A stretch of 60,480 nucleotides of DNA from an uncultured bacterium (GTDB lineage Bacteria; RBG-13-66-14). Positions 49,717 through 59,592 of this stretch are shown piece after piece. Within the stretch, counting starts at the first letter, position 1, and every line of letters starts with the position of its first letter. The DNA lies in assembly GCA_964577465.1 (NCBI GenBank), contig CAZNZF010000001.1:1-60480 (forward strand), in the 5' to 3' direction. A program made the position numbers and the translations under genes. Under the pieces are notes generated by a model. That model worked only from the letters and a program-made list of their open reading frames with translations, had not been told where the DNA came from and ran no database searches.

Positions 49717-51544
49717 GGCGCCATCCCTTCTAGGTCTGGCCGGTCATGTCGCCCCGAAGGCGCTCGAGCGGGAGTTTGACCGTCAGAGGCGCTTGAATCG
49801 CGAACCGACGGTGACCAACCTCCTACCCGGTGTGCTCGGCGAGTCGTTGTTGAAGGTCTGCCGGGACTCCGGCGTAGCCGTGACGACCTCCGAGGCGCTC
49901 CTGGGGCGGGAGGGAATCCGGCGGGTCGACGCCGAGGCCAAAGAGCTCACCGACCGCGTTTTCGAGGCCATCGGTCGGGACGACTTGACGCGGGTCATCT
50001 GGCACCTCTTCTATTGGTACCGTCTGCGCCGGGCGTGCCTGGGCGCCGCGATTCTGGACTCGGCGCTGACGGAAGGCTGTTACGCGGCGACCCTTCTGGG
50101 TGGGGAAGAGGTCCTGGCCGGGGTTCTCGACGAGGTATGCCGGCGGAGGGACGTCCGCTTCAATGCACCCGGCGCCGCCCCCGCCTCCTTCACCCGCCGC
50201 CTGCGAATCTTCAGGATCGGTTCGGAACGGCGCATCCCCCTGAACGAGGGACTGGCCCGGGGGCTCACCCTGGCGTCGTCGCTCCTGCGTCCCGTGGGCG
50301 GGAAGGGGAGCCCCGCACCCCTGGATGGCCTGATCCTTACGACCCTTCCCTCCGAGAAGGCGACCTGGCGGCCTATTCTGGACGGGATTCCCGAAGGGGT
50401 GCGTTTCGGGCTGGTGGCGACGTACCGGGTGGACCCCCGCGATCTTCCCCCCGCCGTCCGCCGTTACAGCCTCGACGCGTGGCTCCTGCCGAAACGCATC
50501 GGCGAATGGATCAGGACCGACCGGGATTACCGGAGTATCGGCCCCCAGTTGCCCCGCATCCTGCCCCACCTGCCGTGGAGGGGGCTGGACCTGGGAGAAT
50601 TCGCACGGTGTACGCTGGCGAGCGTAATTCCACAGCTCTTCTGGAAGTTGATTCCCCGGGCTGCGGCTCTCGAGGGGTTGATCGAGGCGGTGAAACCGAG
50701 GGTGCTGGTCTGCCTGACGGAGCGCAACGAGCTCGTCAACCTGGCCTTCCGGATGGCCGCCGAGAGAGGGATTCCCACCCTGGCGATAGAATCCCACGAC
50801 ATGATCTGGGACTCGCCGCTCTTCGGACGCCTGGAGGCGGACAGGCTGGCGGTGAGCGGGACGTACTCGGAGAGCATCTACGTCAGAAACGGGGTCCCCC
50901 GGGAGAAGATTACCGTCACCGGCCAACCTTCCTTTGACGGGCTGGCCCGGTACCGTGGGAAACAACACGTAAACAGAGAGGCCGATGAACGCCTGCTGGT
51001 CGTCATCACCCAGCCGCCCGACGTCGCGCTCACCGAGGATACGCGCCGGGAGATGCTGCGGGGGGCGCTCCTCGCCGGCAGGGAGATACAGCGGCTTCGG
51101 GTTTTAATCAAACCGCACCCCCGGGACGACCTTGGCGACCTGCGCCTGATTTTGAGCGAGCTCGGGGCGCCCCGGGACGCGCTCCTGCCGAAAAAGCTCG
51201 ATTTGTACGGCCTGCTCGCCTCCGCGGACGTCATCCTCACGGCCTTCTCCACCGTGGGCGTGGAGGCGATCATGCTGGGGCGGCCGGTGGTGGTCTTCAA
51301 GACCGGTGAAGGGTCCTCGGTGCTGCCCTACGTGGATTCGGAGGCGGTTCTCCGGGCCGAGGACGCGGGGCGGACGGCGGAGATGATAAAACGGGTAATC
51401 GAAGGCGAAGTCGTCCATGAGCTGGCCCAGGGTCGCAAAGCCTACATCGCCGACCACGAGTGCGCGGCGGACGGTGACTGTGCGGCCAGGGTAGTCCGGC
51501 TCATCCTCGAAATGCTGAACGGGGAAGGCCGTGCGGGGATATAG
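49709..51544 (+). CDS. GT-B-fold transferase, TagF/KpsS-like (KPHP motif)
   Basis: The C-terminal half reads ...LLVVITQPPD....LRVLIKPHPRD....ASADVILTAFSTVGVEAIMLGRPVVVF, like glycerophosphotransferase or capsule-synthesis GT-B enzymes. The N-terminal half was not recognised. The start is ATG at 49709, or 49676 in the track. Confidence 0.5.
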   Translation: MIRAPSLLGLAGHVAPKALEREFDRQRRLNREPTVTNLLPGVLGESLLKVCRDSGVAVTTSEALLGREGIRRVDAEAKELTDRVFEAIGRDDLTRVIWHLFYWYRLRRACLGAAILDSALTEGCYAATLLGGEEVLAGVLDEVCRRRDVRFNAPGAAPASFTRRLRIFRIGSERRIPLNEGLARGLTLASSLLRPVGGKGSPAPLDGLILTTLPSEKATWRPILDGIPEGVRFGLVATYRVDPRDLPPAVRRYSLDAWLLPKRIGEWIRTDRDYRSIGPQLPRILPHLPWRGLDLGEFARCTLASVIPQLFWKLIPRAAALEGLIEAVKPRVLVCLTERNELVNLAFRMAAERGIPTLAIESHDMIWDSPLFGRLEADRLAVSGTYSESIYVRNGVPREKITVTGQPSFDGLARYRGKQHVNREADERLLVVITQPPDVALTEDTRREMLRGALLAGREIQRLRVLIKPHPRDDLGDLRLILSELGAPRDALLPKKLDLYGLLASADVILTAFSTVGVEAIMLGRPVVVFKTGEGSSVLPYVDSEAVLRAEDAGRTAEMIKRVIEGEVVHELAQGRKAYIADHECAADGDCAARVVRLILEMLNGEGRAGI

Positions 51545-52742
51545 GGTGCTCTGCGTTTCGACGCTCATGCCCTACCCCCCCGTAGGCGGGGGGGAGAGCA
51601 AGTTTTTCCACCTCCTGCGCGAGGTTTCCAGGTTCCACGAGGTGGACCTCCTCCTCTTCCCGCCCACTGAGCCCGCACGGGAGGACATAGACGGCCTGCG
51701 CCCCCATGCCCGCAGCATCAGCCTCGAGCCGTACCGACGCCGGTCGGGTTTCCTGGACAAGCTACGCTCCATAGTAGACCCGATCCCCCACCCCTTTTCT
51801 TTTTTCCGTAACACGCCCATCACGGGCGCCGTGAAACGGGCTCTGGGCGAAAATAAATACGACCTGCTGCACGTGGAGGGCTGTTTTCCCGGATACTCCA
51901 TCGTGGGCCTGAGAACGCCGCCGCGGCTGATCCTGCCGCACGACGCAATTTACAGAAATTATATGGAAAACCTTAAAATGGCTCCCTGGCGCAAAAAACC
52001 GTTCCTCACCTTAGACTTTCTGAAGTTCAGATACTACGAGCCGCGTCTCTACGGTTATTTCGACGCCGTGGGCATGTGCACCACCGTGGAAGCCCGGGCC
52101 GTGAAGAAACTGAACCCCGCCGTGCACGTGCGCGTCGTATCCAACGGCGCCGACCTCAACACCGCGGCTCCCGGACCGCACGCCGAGGAATTCCCCAGCC
52201 TCGTCTTCAGCGGATCCTTCGATTACCCCCCGAACGAGCTGGCCGCGCTGAGGCTCATGGGGAGGATTGCGCCCCCGCTGCGCGTGAGGTGGCCGAAGCT
52301 CACGGTTTTCATCGTCGGAAACCGCCCCACCCGACGCATGGCCCGGGCCGCCGACGGCAATCCCGGGAACGTCATCACCGGTCGGGTGGAATCGGTGCCG
52401 GAGTGGATTGCTCGGGGGTCGGTGTACTGCAGCCCCCTGACGTACGGCGTGGGGTTCAAGAACAAGGTTCCGGAGGCCTGGTCCGCCGCCAGACCCCTCG
52501 TGGCCACACCCAAGACCATGGAGGGGATCGAGTTCATCCCCGGTCGGGACGCCCTGGTGGCTGAAACCGATGCCGATTTGGTCCGCGCCTGTGCTATGCT
52601 TCTCGACGATGCGGACATGCGGAAGAAAATCGGAGAATCGGGCGGGAAACGGATTGACGAACGGTACAACTGGCCGCTTCTGGCCCAGGACCTCCTCGAG
52701 CTGTACGATTACGTAGCCGCCCAACCGGTCAATAACCGATGA
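51531..52742 (+). CDS. Glycosyltransferase family 4
   Basis: The 403-aa ORF has an N-terminal VLCVSTLMPYPPVGGGE and a C-terminal GT1-type domain. An alternative GTG start lies at 51546. Confidence 0.8.
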   Translation: MRGYRVLCVSTLMPYPPVGGGESKFFHLLREVSRFHEVDLLLFPPTEPAREDIDGLRPHARSISLEPYRRRSGFLDKLRSIVDPIPHPFSFFRNTPITGAVKRALGENKYDLLHVEGCFPGYSIVGLRTPPRLILPHDAIYRNYMENLKMAPWRKKPFLTLDFLKFRYYEPRLYGYFDAVGMCTTVEARAVKKLNPAVHVRVVSNGADLNTAAPGPHAEEFPSLVFSGSFDYPPNELAALRLMGRIAPPLRVRWPKLTVFIVGNRPTRRMARAADGNPGNVITGRVESVPEWIARGSVYCSPLTYGVGFKNKVPEAWSAARPLVATPKTMEGIEFIPGRDALVAETDADLVRACAMLLDDADMRKKIGESGGKRIDERYNWPLLAQDLLELYDYVAAQPVNNR

Positions 52743-54187
52743 GCATTTCACAACCGGGGATATTTCAGAGGCCCGGCGAGAGATTGCTGGAATACGCCCG
52801 TCGGCACCGCAATCTCACGGCGTGCGCGCTTCTGGCGGCGGCGTATCTGGTCGTCTGCTTCGTGTTGCACCTGCCCTACTACTTCGTCGGCCTGGCCGTG
52901 GTAGGCGCCATCCTACTGGGCATCTTCCTGAAGTACCCCTTCGCCACGTTTCTCGGCTATGTATTCCTCGTCAACCTCCTCCCCTACGGCCATATAGGCA
53001 CGTACACCTTCACCCTGGCCAAAATCGGGGGGATTATTCTTGTCGCCGTGACCCTCGCCGTAGCGGCGATCAGGACACCGGAGTACGGGCGGCGGATCAA
53101 ACGGGCCTTCGACAAACGGGGCATCGTGGTCCTCATCATGATACTGGCCGGCGCCGTTTCGACCATCGTCAGCCGCAACCCCCGGTCTGAATTCATCGAG
53201 CAGCACTTTCAATTCCTGGTCCTCTTCGCCCTGGCACGCGTGTACGTGGACACGGAAAAACGTTTATGGTGGCTGCTCGTGATCATCCTCCTGGCCCGAG
53301 GCATTGATAGCGCGCTTGGGCTGTACGAGTATATAACGGTACCGGTGGCCGTGAGAATCTCGGGGACTTTCTTCGATCCGAACGAGTACGCCTGCTACAC
53401 TCTTGTCACGCTTCCCATCGCGGTTTATCTCTTCCAATACCAGAAGAATAAATTGTTCCGCGTCTTTTTTTTCGTGATGGGCCTCCTCACGTTCATCGCC
53501 GTTATCATCTCCTTCTCCCGCGCCGGTTTCGTCACCCTGGCGCTCATCCTCCTGTTCATCTTCTTCATCCCGACGATAAAACTGAGAAACCGTATAATAA
53601 TGCTGCTCCTCACCGTCGTGCTCATCATCGCGTTCATCCCTTTCGATTACTGGACGCGGATCGAAACCCTGAACTCCCTCTTCGGGGACGAGGACATGGA
53701 ACGATCGGTCATGATCAGAAAACGACAGGTGGACACCTCCATCCGCTTGTTTTTGGAAAATCCGATTTTCGGTGTGGGGTACATGCAGTACCGGACCGCC
53801 CCCGAGAAGCTGCTGGGCGGTTACATCATCAAACGAGGGCGCCTCGGTGAACACTCGACGATCCTCAAGATCTTCGTAGAGTTCGGTCTCATGGGATTCA
53901 TCCCCTTCGTGTTTCTGATTATCCTTACCTTCCGATCGGGTATTCGCGCGATAAAACTCTCCCGGCTGGCCGGTTTCCAGGGGATTCGCCTCCTGTCCAC
54001 GGCGACGACGCTCTCCTTTACCGCGTATATGATATTCAGCTTCATGCTGGGTACGTACACCAAATATCTGTATCTCTACCTCGCGCTGCCCATGGTGGCT
54101 TACGATTTAGCGATGGAAAAGCTATCCCGCCCGGCGACGGAGGGGGGGGTGACAGACGGAGAGGACCTCGACAGAAGCGTGGCGTGA
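52739..54187 (+). CDS. wzy: O-antigen polymerase/ligase family membrane protein (Wzy-like)
   Basis: 482-aa ORF with about 10-12 TM segments and a periplasmic loop of Wzy_C type (...SFSRAGFVTLAL...). ATGA overlap with the upstream GT gene. Confidence 0.7.
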   Translation: MSISQPGIFQRPGERLLEYARRHRNLTACALLAAAYLVVCFVLHLPYYFVGLAVVGAILLGIFLKYPFATFLGYVFLVNLLPYGHIGTYTFTLAKIGGIILVAVTLAVAAIRTPEYGRRIKRAFDKRGIVVLIMILAGAVSTIVSRNPRSEFIEQHFQFLVLFALARVYVDTEKRLWWLLVIILLARGIDSALGLYEYITVPVAVRISGTFFDPNEYACYTLVTLPIAVYLFQYQKNKLFRVFFFVMGLLTFIAVIISFSRAGFVTLALILLFIFFIPTIKLRNRIIMLLLTVVLIIAFIPFDYWTRIETLNSLFGDEDMERSVMIRKRQVDTSIRLFLENPIFGVGYMQYRTAPEKLLGGYIIKRGRLGEHSTILKIFVEFGLMGFIPFVFLIILTFRSGIRAIKLSRLAGFQGIRLLSTATTLSFTAYMIFSFMLGTYTKYLYLYLALPMVAYDLAMEKLSRPATEGGVTDGEDLDRSVA

Positions 54188-54287
54188 TCACCCTTCGGTT
54201 CTTCACGTCATCGGACCCTGGTGTCTGGCCGGCGCGGAGAAACAGCTCGCGTGCGTCGCCAGCCGCCAGGCCGTAGAGGGATGGAGG

Positions 54288-55286
54288 GTGGAGATACTGG
54301 TCCTGGGTGACGAGTGGAACGAGACCGTCACCCGTATCGCGCACCCCTGCCCCGTGGTGACCCTGCCGAACCGTCCCCGGGGATTGGCCCGGTTACGGGC
54401 CCTGGCGCGGAAGCTGGAAGCCGAAGACTGGCCGCTGGCGGCGGGCCAGCTCTTCTCCGGGAACCTCTACGCCGTGGCCGCGGCACACAGGACGGGGAGG
54501 AAGGCGCTCGTATTCGAGGGGGGGCTGGAGCCCTGGAAACGTTGGTATCACCTGACCGCCTGCCGGTGGTACTGGAGGAGGGCGGAGCTGATCGAGGTCA
54601 ACTCCCGGGCGGTGGGGGAGATGGTTCTCTCGCGGGGCGGCCCGGAGTCAAAGCTCCGGGTCATCTACAATGGCATTGAGCCGGTGCGGCCCGTGACGGA
54701 TGACGAGCGCGGGGAGGCCAGGCGGAAACTCGGGCTGGGCGCGGGACCGGTGGTGGTGATGGTGGCCAACCTCCGGCACCCCAAGGACCCCCAGACCCTG
54801 GTGCGGGCGACCGCCCGCCTGAAGGGCGCACACCCCGGAATCCGCACCCTCCTCGCCGGAGAAGGCCGCCTCCGCCCCGCGGTCGAGGCGCTCGTCCGGG
54901 AACTGGGGCTGGAAGAAGAGGTGCGGCTTCTCGGTCGGACCGACGACGTGAGGGGCGTGCTGGCCGCGGCGGACGTCTTCTGCCATTCGAGCCTCTCCGA
55001 GGGGCTGCCCAACGCGGTAATCGAGGCCCAGGCCGCCGGTGTCCCCTGCGCGGTGTCGAGAGCCGGGGGGAGCACGGAGCTCGTCGCGGACGGCGACCGG
55101 GGGCTGGTTTTCGAAATAGGTGACGCGGACGGTTGCGCCGCGGCCATCTCCCGCCTGCTGGAAAACCCCGGGGAGGCCCGGCGGATGGCCGAAAATTCCC
55201 GCGCCTGGGTCGCCCGGGAGCTCTCCTTCGAGCGGAACATGGAGCTGCACCGCCGTCTGTACGAGGAAGCCCTGGGCATCGCGTAA
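54288..55286 (+). CDS. Glycosyltransferase family 4
   Basis: 332-aa ORF starting with GTG after GGAGGG. It has the GT1 C-domain motif SLSEGLPNAVIEAQAAGVPCAVSRAGGSTELV. Confidence 0.75.
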   Translation: MEILVLGDEWNETVTRIAHPCPVVTLPNRPRGLARLRALARKLEAEDWPLAAGQLFSGNLYAVAAAHRTGRKALVFEGGLEPWKRWYHLTACRWYWRRAELIEVNSRAVGEMVLSRGGPESKLRVIYNGIEPVRPVTDDERGEARRKLGLGAGPVVVMVANLRHPKDPQTLVRATARLKGAHPGIRTLLAGEGRLRPAVEALVRELGLEEEVRLLGRTDDVRGVLAAADVFCHSSLSEGLPNAVIEAQAAGVPCAVSRAGGSTELVADGDRGLVFEIGDADGCAAAISRLLENPGEARRMAENSRAWVARELSFERNMELHRRLYEEALGIA

Positions 55287-55287
55287 C

Positions 55288-56349
55288 ATGCGTCTTTTAC
55301 TCATCACCCCCCACCTCATCGCCGGCGGCGCCGAACGGGACACCATCGCGCTGGCTGGCGGACTCGTGCGCCACGGGCACCGGGTGACCCTGGCGTCGCA
55401 CGGCGGAGCGCTCTCCCCCGAGGCCGAGGACAGCGGCGTGGAGGTCGTGGAGCTGCGGACGCACAGCCGCACACCTCTGGGCCTCGTGCGCCTGTCCCGT
55501 GAACTGGCGGCGCTGGTCGCCGAGAGGGGCTGCGACCTGGTCCACACCCAGGCGGTCCTGCCGGCGGCCGCGGCGCGAAGGGGCCTCGGGCGGGGGATGC
55601 CGGTCCTGGTGACCATCCACAACCTCCACCGGCGCTGGTCCTATCCCCTGGCGGCGGGACTGCTGCGGTGGGCCGCCGACCGGGTGCTGTTCGTATCCGA
55701 TTACGAGCGGCGGAATTTCCGGCGGTGCGGGTTTCCCGACGACCGGGCCCTGACCGTGCAGACCGGCCTGCCGGACGCCTTCTTCGACGTCGAGCCGGAG
55801 GGAACCGGAGTCCGCTTCACCTTTCTGATGCCGGCCCGCATCGACGGGCGGAAGGGGCACGACGACCTCCTGCGGGCCGTATCTATCAGCAGGAACGCCC
55901 CGTTCGACGTGTGGGTCGCCGGTGACGGCCCCGCCCGACGCTCCCTGGAACGGATGGCCGCCCGTCTCGGCGTGACGGACCGGGTCAGGTTCCTCGGCTT
56001 CCAACGGGACATGCCGGCTCTGCTCAGGCGCGTGAGCGCCCTGGTCCTCCCCAGCCTGCGCGAGTCGCTGCCGCTGTCGGTGCGGGAGGGAATGGCCGCC
56101 GGGCTACCGGTGGTCGCCACCGCCGTGGGCGGTATTCCCGAACTCGTCGAGCACGACCGGACGGGATTGTTGGTCCCCCGCCGCGACCCGCGGAGGCTGG
56201 CCCGGGCGATGGAGCGGCTGGCAACCCGGCCGGGCCTGGCGCGGCGGATGGGGGAAAACGCCCGGCGGACCGCCGAACGACGCTGGAGGCTGGAGGGATA
56301 CCTGGATCGCTTGGAGACGATGTACCGGGAACTGATGGAGGGTCGGTGA
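55288..56349 (+). CDS. Glycosyltransferase family 4
   Basis: ATG at 55288, 2 nt after the upstream stop. The N-terminus reads MRLLLITPHLIAGGAER. The C-domain motif is SLRESLPLSVREGMAAGLPVVATAVGGIPELV. Confidence 0.85.
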   Translation: MRLLLITPHLIAGGAERDTIALAGGLVRHGHRVTLASHGGALSPEAEDSGVEVVELRTHSRTPLGLVRLSRELAALVAERGCDLVHTQAVLPAAAARRGLGRGMPVLVTIHNLHRRWSYPLAAGLLRWAADRVLFVSDYERRNFRRCGFPDDRALTVQTGLPDAFFDVEPEGTGVRFTFLMPARIDGRKGHDDLLRAVSISRNAPFDVWVAGDGPARRSLERMAARLGVTDRVRFLGFQRDMPALLRRVSALVLPSLRESLPLSVREGMAAGLPVVATAVGGIPELVEHDRTGLLVPRRDPRRLARAMERLATRPGLARRMGENARRTAERRWRLEGYLDRLETMYRELMEGR

Positions 56350-56660
56350 GCCTTTACGAGTGGGCGCTTCTTGTCGCGGGGGTGGTACTGTTATCCCTGG
56401 CGAACTACCGGTTCTACTTCGGGAGCCGGCGTTCGAGTTACGTGCTATTCGTCCTGGCCTCGGCGCTCTTCGTCGGCGGCTTCCTCCTGGCCGGGATGGT
56501 GCGGGAGGATTACAACGCCGCGCTGACCCTGATGCTCATCTACCTCGCGGTCTACGTCGCCGAGCGCGTCGGCTTCATCCTGTTTGCGCGATTTATGCGC
56601 CAGCGCGCCGCGGAGGGTCACGAGGACGAGGGGGACCAGGCCGGCCAGGGCGATGATTAG
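56346..56660 (+). CDS. Small three-TM membrane protein (hypothetical)
   Basis: 104-aa ORF with an ATGA overlap to the upstream GT gene. It has three hydrophobic helices and an acidic tail. Its 3' part overlaps the convergent ORF 56445-57239. Confidence 0.4.
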   Translation: MSLYEWALLVAGVVLLSLANYRFYFGSRRSSYVLFVLASALFVGGFLLAGMVREDYNAALTLMLIYLAVYVAERVGFILFARFMRQRAAEGHEDEGDQAGQGDD

Positions 56661-57239
56661 CCAGGGTCCGGTCGAGGACAGCCCCTCCACGGATACACCG
56701 CAATCGAAAGTGGTGAACAGGACGGTGAAGAGCGCCACGGCCGGCCAGAAGCTCCCCGCCGCCCAGGTCAGCATCCCCGCCAGACCGGCCGCCACGACGC
56801 CGCGGGTCGTGGGCACCACGGCGAGCACCGCCAGCGCCCCCCAGACGATTCTCCCCGTCAGGCCGCCCGAGTCGAGAAAGGCCGGCAGAAAGCGGTAGGC
56901 AAAGTAGGCCGTGCCGGCCGCGGCCACCGCGTTGGAGACCCAGACCCATACATCCGCCCACCCCGAGGGGAACGCGAGCTCGGGGAAGAGGAAGAACACG
57001 GCGACGGCGACCGCGACCGCGATGAGTAGCTGCCGGTAGACGCTCGCCCCCGGCTCGGCCGGAACCCGATTGAGCTTGAGCCAGACCAGCGGCGCGGCGA
57101 TGCCGACCGCGACGAAGGTAATCAGCCGGTAAAAAAGCTCGTAGGCCACGTTGGCCCCGCCCAGCCAGTGGGTCGCGGCCAGGAGGGCGTACGCGGCTAT
57201 CAAACCCAGGGCGTAAAAAAGACGTATCCTCGACGACAT
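56445..57239 (-). CDS. Polytopic membrane protein (hypothetical)
   Basis: 264-aa ORF with 6-7 hydrophobic helices. The last ~65 codons are a charged, low-complexity tail antisense to 56346-56660, so the true 3' end is uncertain. Confidence 0.5.
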   Translation of the reverse strand: MSSRIRLFYALGLIAAYALLAATHWLGGANVAYELFYRLITFVAVGIAAPLVWLKLNRVPAEPGASVYRQLLIAVAVAVAVFFLFPELAFPSGWADVWVWVSNAVAAAGTAYFAYRFLPAFLDSGGLTGRIVWGALAVLAVVPTTRGVVAAGLAGMLTWAAGSFWPAVALFTVLFTTFDCGVSVEGLSSTGPWLIIALAGLVPLVLVTLRGALAHKSRKQDEADALGDVDREVDEHQGQRGVVILPHHPGQEEAADEERRGQDE

Positions 57240-59592
57240 GGTGTCACCTCGGCTTCACAAAATTATATGGGTCATCCTCCTGCTGGTCAAGCCGGCCGTG
57301 GCGGATGCCTGGTCCGAGGCCCAGTCCGCCGCCGAGGCCGGGGATTACGCGGGGGCTGTCTCGATTCTGACCCGGGCCGCGGACGCGGGTGAGGTCCGCC
57401 CGGACAAGCTGGGCCGGTACGAGACCCAGATTTTCCTCTGGCGCCGGGAACTGGGCGAGGGACGGCAGGCCCTGGACAGGCTTTTCGAGCTGCCCGAGCG
57501 GGCTCCGGGCGGACTGGACTCCGCCGCCCTGGCCCTGGGGGATTATTTCGCCCAAAACCCCACCGACCTCCAACTCTGGTTCGAGGCCGCGGAGCACCGC
57601 AACGCATGGAACGGCGTGGCGGGCGCGCTGGCAAAGCGGCTTCTGGATAAGAACGCCTTCGAGGCCGCCGCCCGGGTGGCCGGTTCCCAGCCCGCCCGGT
57701 GCCGGAACGTGCTCGACGACCTGGCCCGCCGACCGGAAAGCGCCGAGCTCGCCCTGGCCTCCTACGGAGGGGACCCCTACGCGTTCGACCTGGGCACCTG
57801 GAAAACCTGGCTCCGCCTGACCGAGTCCGCCCGGGGACCCGAGGTCGCGGTGGCCGAGGCCCTGCGAAAGGTCGAGCGGGACCCGGACCGGGTGGAGTTC
57901 CGCTGCGAGGCCAGCGAGCGGCTGCGCGGTCTCGGCCGCGCCGGCGAGGCCCTCGGGCTGTGGGAAGACCAGGACGGCACCCGGGACGACCGGGTGTACG
58001 TCGAGCGGGGGGAGTGCCTCTTCTCCCTGGGTCGCGTGGACGAGGCGCTGGAAAACTGGCGGGCCAAGCTTAACCGGCCCAACCTGCGGCCGGGCGACGT
58101 GCGGACGGTGGCGCGGATTTTCTCCGACCACGGCCTCAACGAGGAGGCGCTCCGGCTGCTGGAAAACCCGCCCACCGGCGATTCGGCGGAATACAGTCGG
58201 GACATTGCCCGGCTTTTGTTCACCCTCGGGCGCTACCGGGACGCCGCCGAAACCAGCGTCGAGGCCGTCTCCCGGGATGGTCCCGGCTCCTGGGCCGTCG
58301 CGTTCTTCGGGGGTTTCGGCGCGACGGAGGAGACGGCGCTCGTCGCCCTGGACACCCTCGAAGGCCGCGAGGAGCCGGTATTCGGCCGCATCCGCCTGGG
58401 CCTCGCCCTCTCGCCCTGGGCCCTGGATTCCGTGGAGGACGGCCCCGGGCCCCTACCCCACCCCTGGCGGGGGGAGAGGCCGACGCCCGTGCTGGATGAA
58501 CGCGCACGCAGCGTCGTCGAGGACGAAATCCGCTCCATGACCGCCTTCTTCGCCGAGAACGCCGACATCACCCCCTGGCTCGTCGGCGCCGGCGGAATCC
58601 TCCCCCTCGAGATGGTGAGCGCCCTGGGACAGGCCGGACTGCCGGAGATGGCGCTGGAAGCCGCCCTGCGGCTGGCCTTGCTGGAGGGCCTGACAGACGC
58701 CGCCCGGGGAGCGCTCGCGTCCGCCGGCCTGTCCCTCGCCTGCGCTTTTCAACTTAGCGCCCAGGGCTACGAGCCCGATGAAATCCTGGCCCTGAACCCC
58801 GTCGACGGTGAGCTGAAATGGCGGACGGCCCTCTTCCTCCTGCGCGGAGGTCGGCCCGCCGAGGCGGAGGCGCTGCTGGGTGAAATTTCGGCGGACCGCG
58901 GTTACGGCCCCGACGGGGAGGAGCTGCTCGCCGCGCGTATCGAGGCCGCCCTGCGCCTGGACGAGCCGGAACGGGCCTGGGGGCTCACCGGGCGGACGCC
59001 GGACGACCTCGACGAACCGGCCGACCCGGAGCTTCACTACCAGTTAACGCTGCTGCAGCTCGCGCACCTGGCGGAAATGCTCGACGCGGACCCGTCCTTC
59101 GACCCGGGTCCGGTCCTGAATCGGGTCCGGCGGTACATCGCGCTGAACGCCGACGACCCCCGGGCCACGGACCTCCTGCGCCTGGTCCTGGCCTCGGGCT
59201 TCGCCGAAAGCCCCGGCGAGAAGGCGGCGCTCGCCGACCTGGTGGAGGCCGCTTTGGCCGGCTACCGGGGCGATTCGTCCGCGGAGGAACGCCGCCTCCG
59301 CGACGCTCTGGCCGCCGGCGGTCCGCTGGGCGACGAGGCGGCGGTCCAACTGGCCGACCTCCTGGCCGGGGAGGGGGATTACACCTCGGCCCGCGACGTA
59401 CTCGCGGACGTCATCACCACCGGCACCGAAGGCACGGGCGACCGGGCGCTGGCCCTGGCGGCCTGGCTCGACGCCGATTTTCTCGAAAACGCCGAGGGCG
59501 CAATCGGCGACCTGACGAGCCTGGTCAGCGGTTACCCCGGATCGGTGCTGCTGGAATACGCCCGCCGCGGCCTGGCCGCCCTGGGCCGATGA
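57238..59592 (+). CDS. Secreted TPR-like / helical-repeat protein (hypothetical)
   Basis: 784-aa ORF with a signal peptide (KIIWVILLLVKPAVADA) and a balanced, Ala/Leu/Glu/Asp-rich helical-repeat composition. The antisense ORFs look artefactual. Confidence 0.6.
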   Translation: MVSPRLHKIIWVILLLVKPAVADAWSEAQSAAEAGDYAGAVSILTRAADAGEVRPDKLGRYETQIFLWRRELGEGRQALDRLFELPERAPGGLDSAALALGDYFAQNPTDLQLWFEAAEHRNAWNGVAGALAKRLLDKNAFEAAARVAGSQPARCRNVLDDLARRPESAELALASYGGDPYAFDLGTWKTWLRLTESARGPEVAVAEALRKVERDPDRVEFRCEASERLRGLGRAGEALGLWEDQDGTRDDRVYVERGECLFSLGRVDEALENWRAKLNRPNLRPGDVRTVARIFSDHGLNEEALRLLENPPTGDSAEYSRDIARLLFTLGRYRDAAETSVEAVSRDGPGSWAVAFFGGFGATEETALVALDTLEGREEPVFGRIRLGLALSPWALDSVEDGPGPLPHPWRGERPTPVLDERARSVVEDEIRSMTAFFAENADITPWLVGAGGILPLEMVSALGQAGLPEMALEAALRLALLEGLTDAARGALASAGLSLACAFQLSAQGYEPDEILALNPVDGELKWRTALFLLRGGRPAEAEALLGEISADRGYGPDGEELLAARIEAALRLDEPERAWGLTGRTPDDLDEPADPELHYQLTLLQLAHLAEMLDADPSFDPGPVLNRVRRYIALNADDPRATDLLRLVLASGFAESPGEKAALADLVEAALAGYRGDSSAEERRLRDALAAGGPLGDEAAVQLADLLAGEGDYTSARDVLADVITTGTEGTGDRALALAAWLDADFLENAEGAIGDLTSLVSGYPGSVLLEYARRGLAALGR

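Noticed and set aside
51575-51594. A C7-GTAGGC-G7 perfect inverted repeat at the 5' end of the GT4 gene, considered as a possible attenuator or phase-variation site.
   Set aside because: It encodes the conserved GT4 N-terminal motif PYPPVGGGE, so the symmetry is explained by Pro/Gly codons in a GC-rich genome.
53465-54149. Homopolymers in the wzy-like gene (T8 at 53465-53472 and G8 at 54142-54149), considered as slipped-strand phase-variation switches.
   Set aside because: The tracts are short. The T8 run encodes FFF in a TM helix. The G8 run lies in the last 15 codons, where a frameshift would have little effect. There is no population or read-level evidence available.
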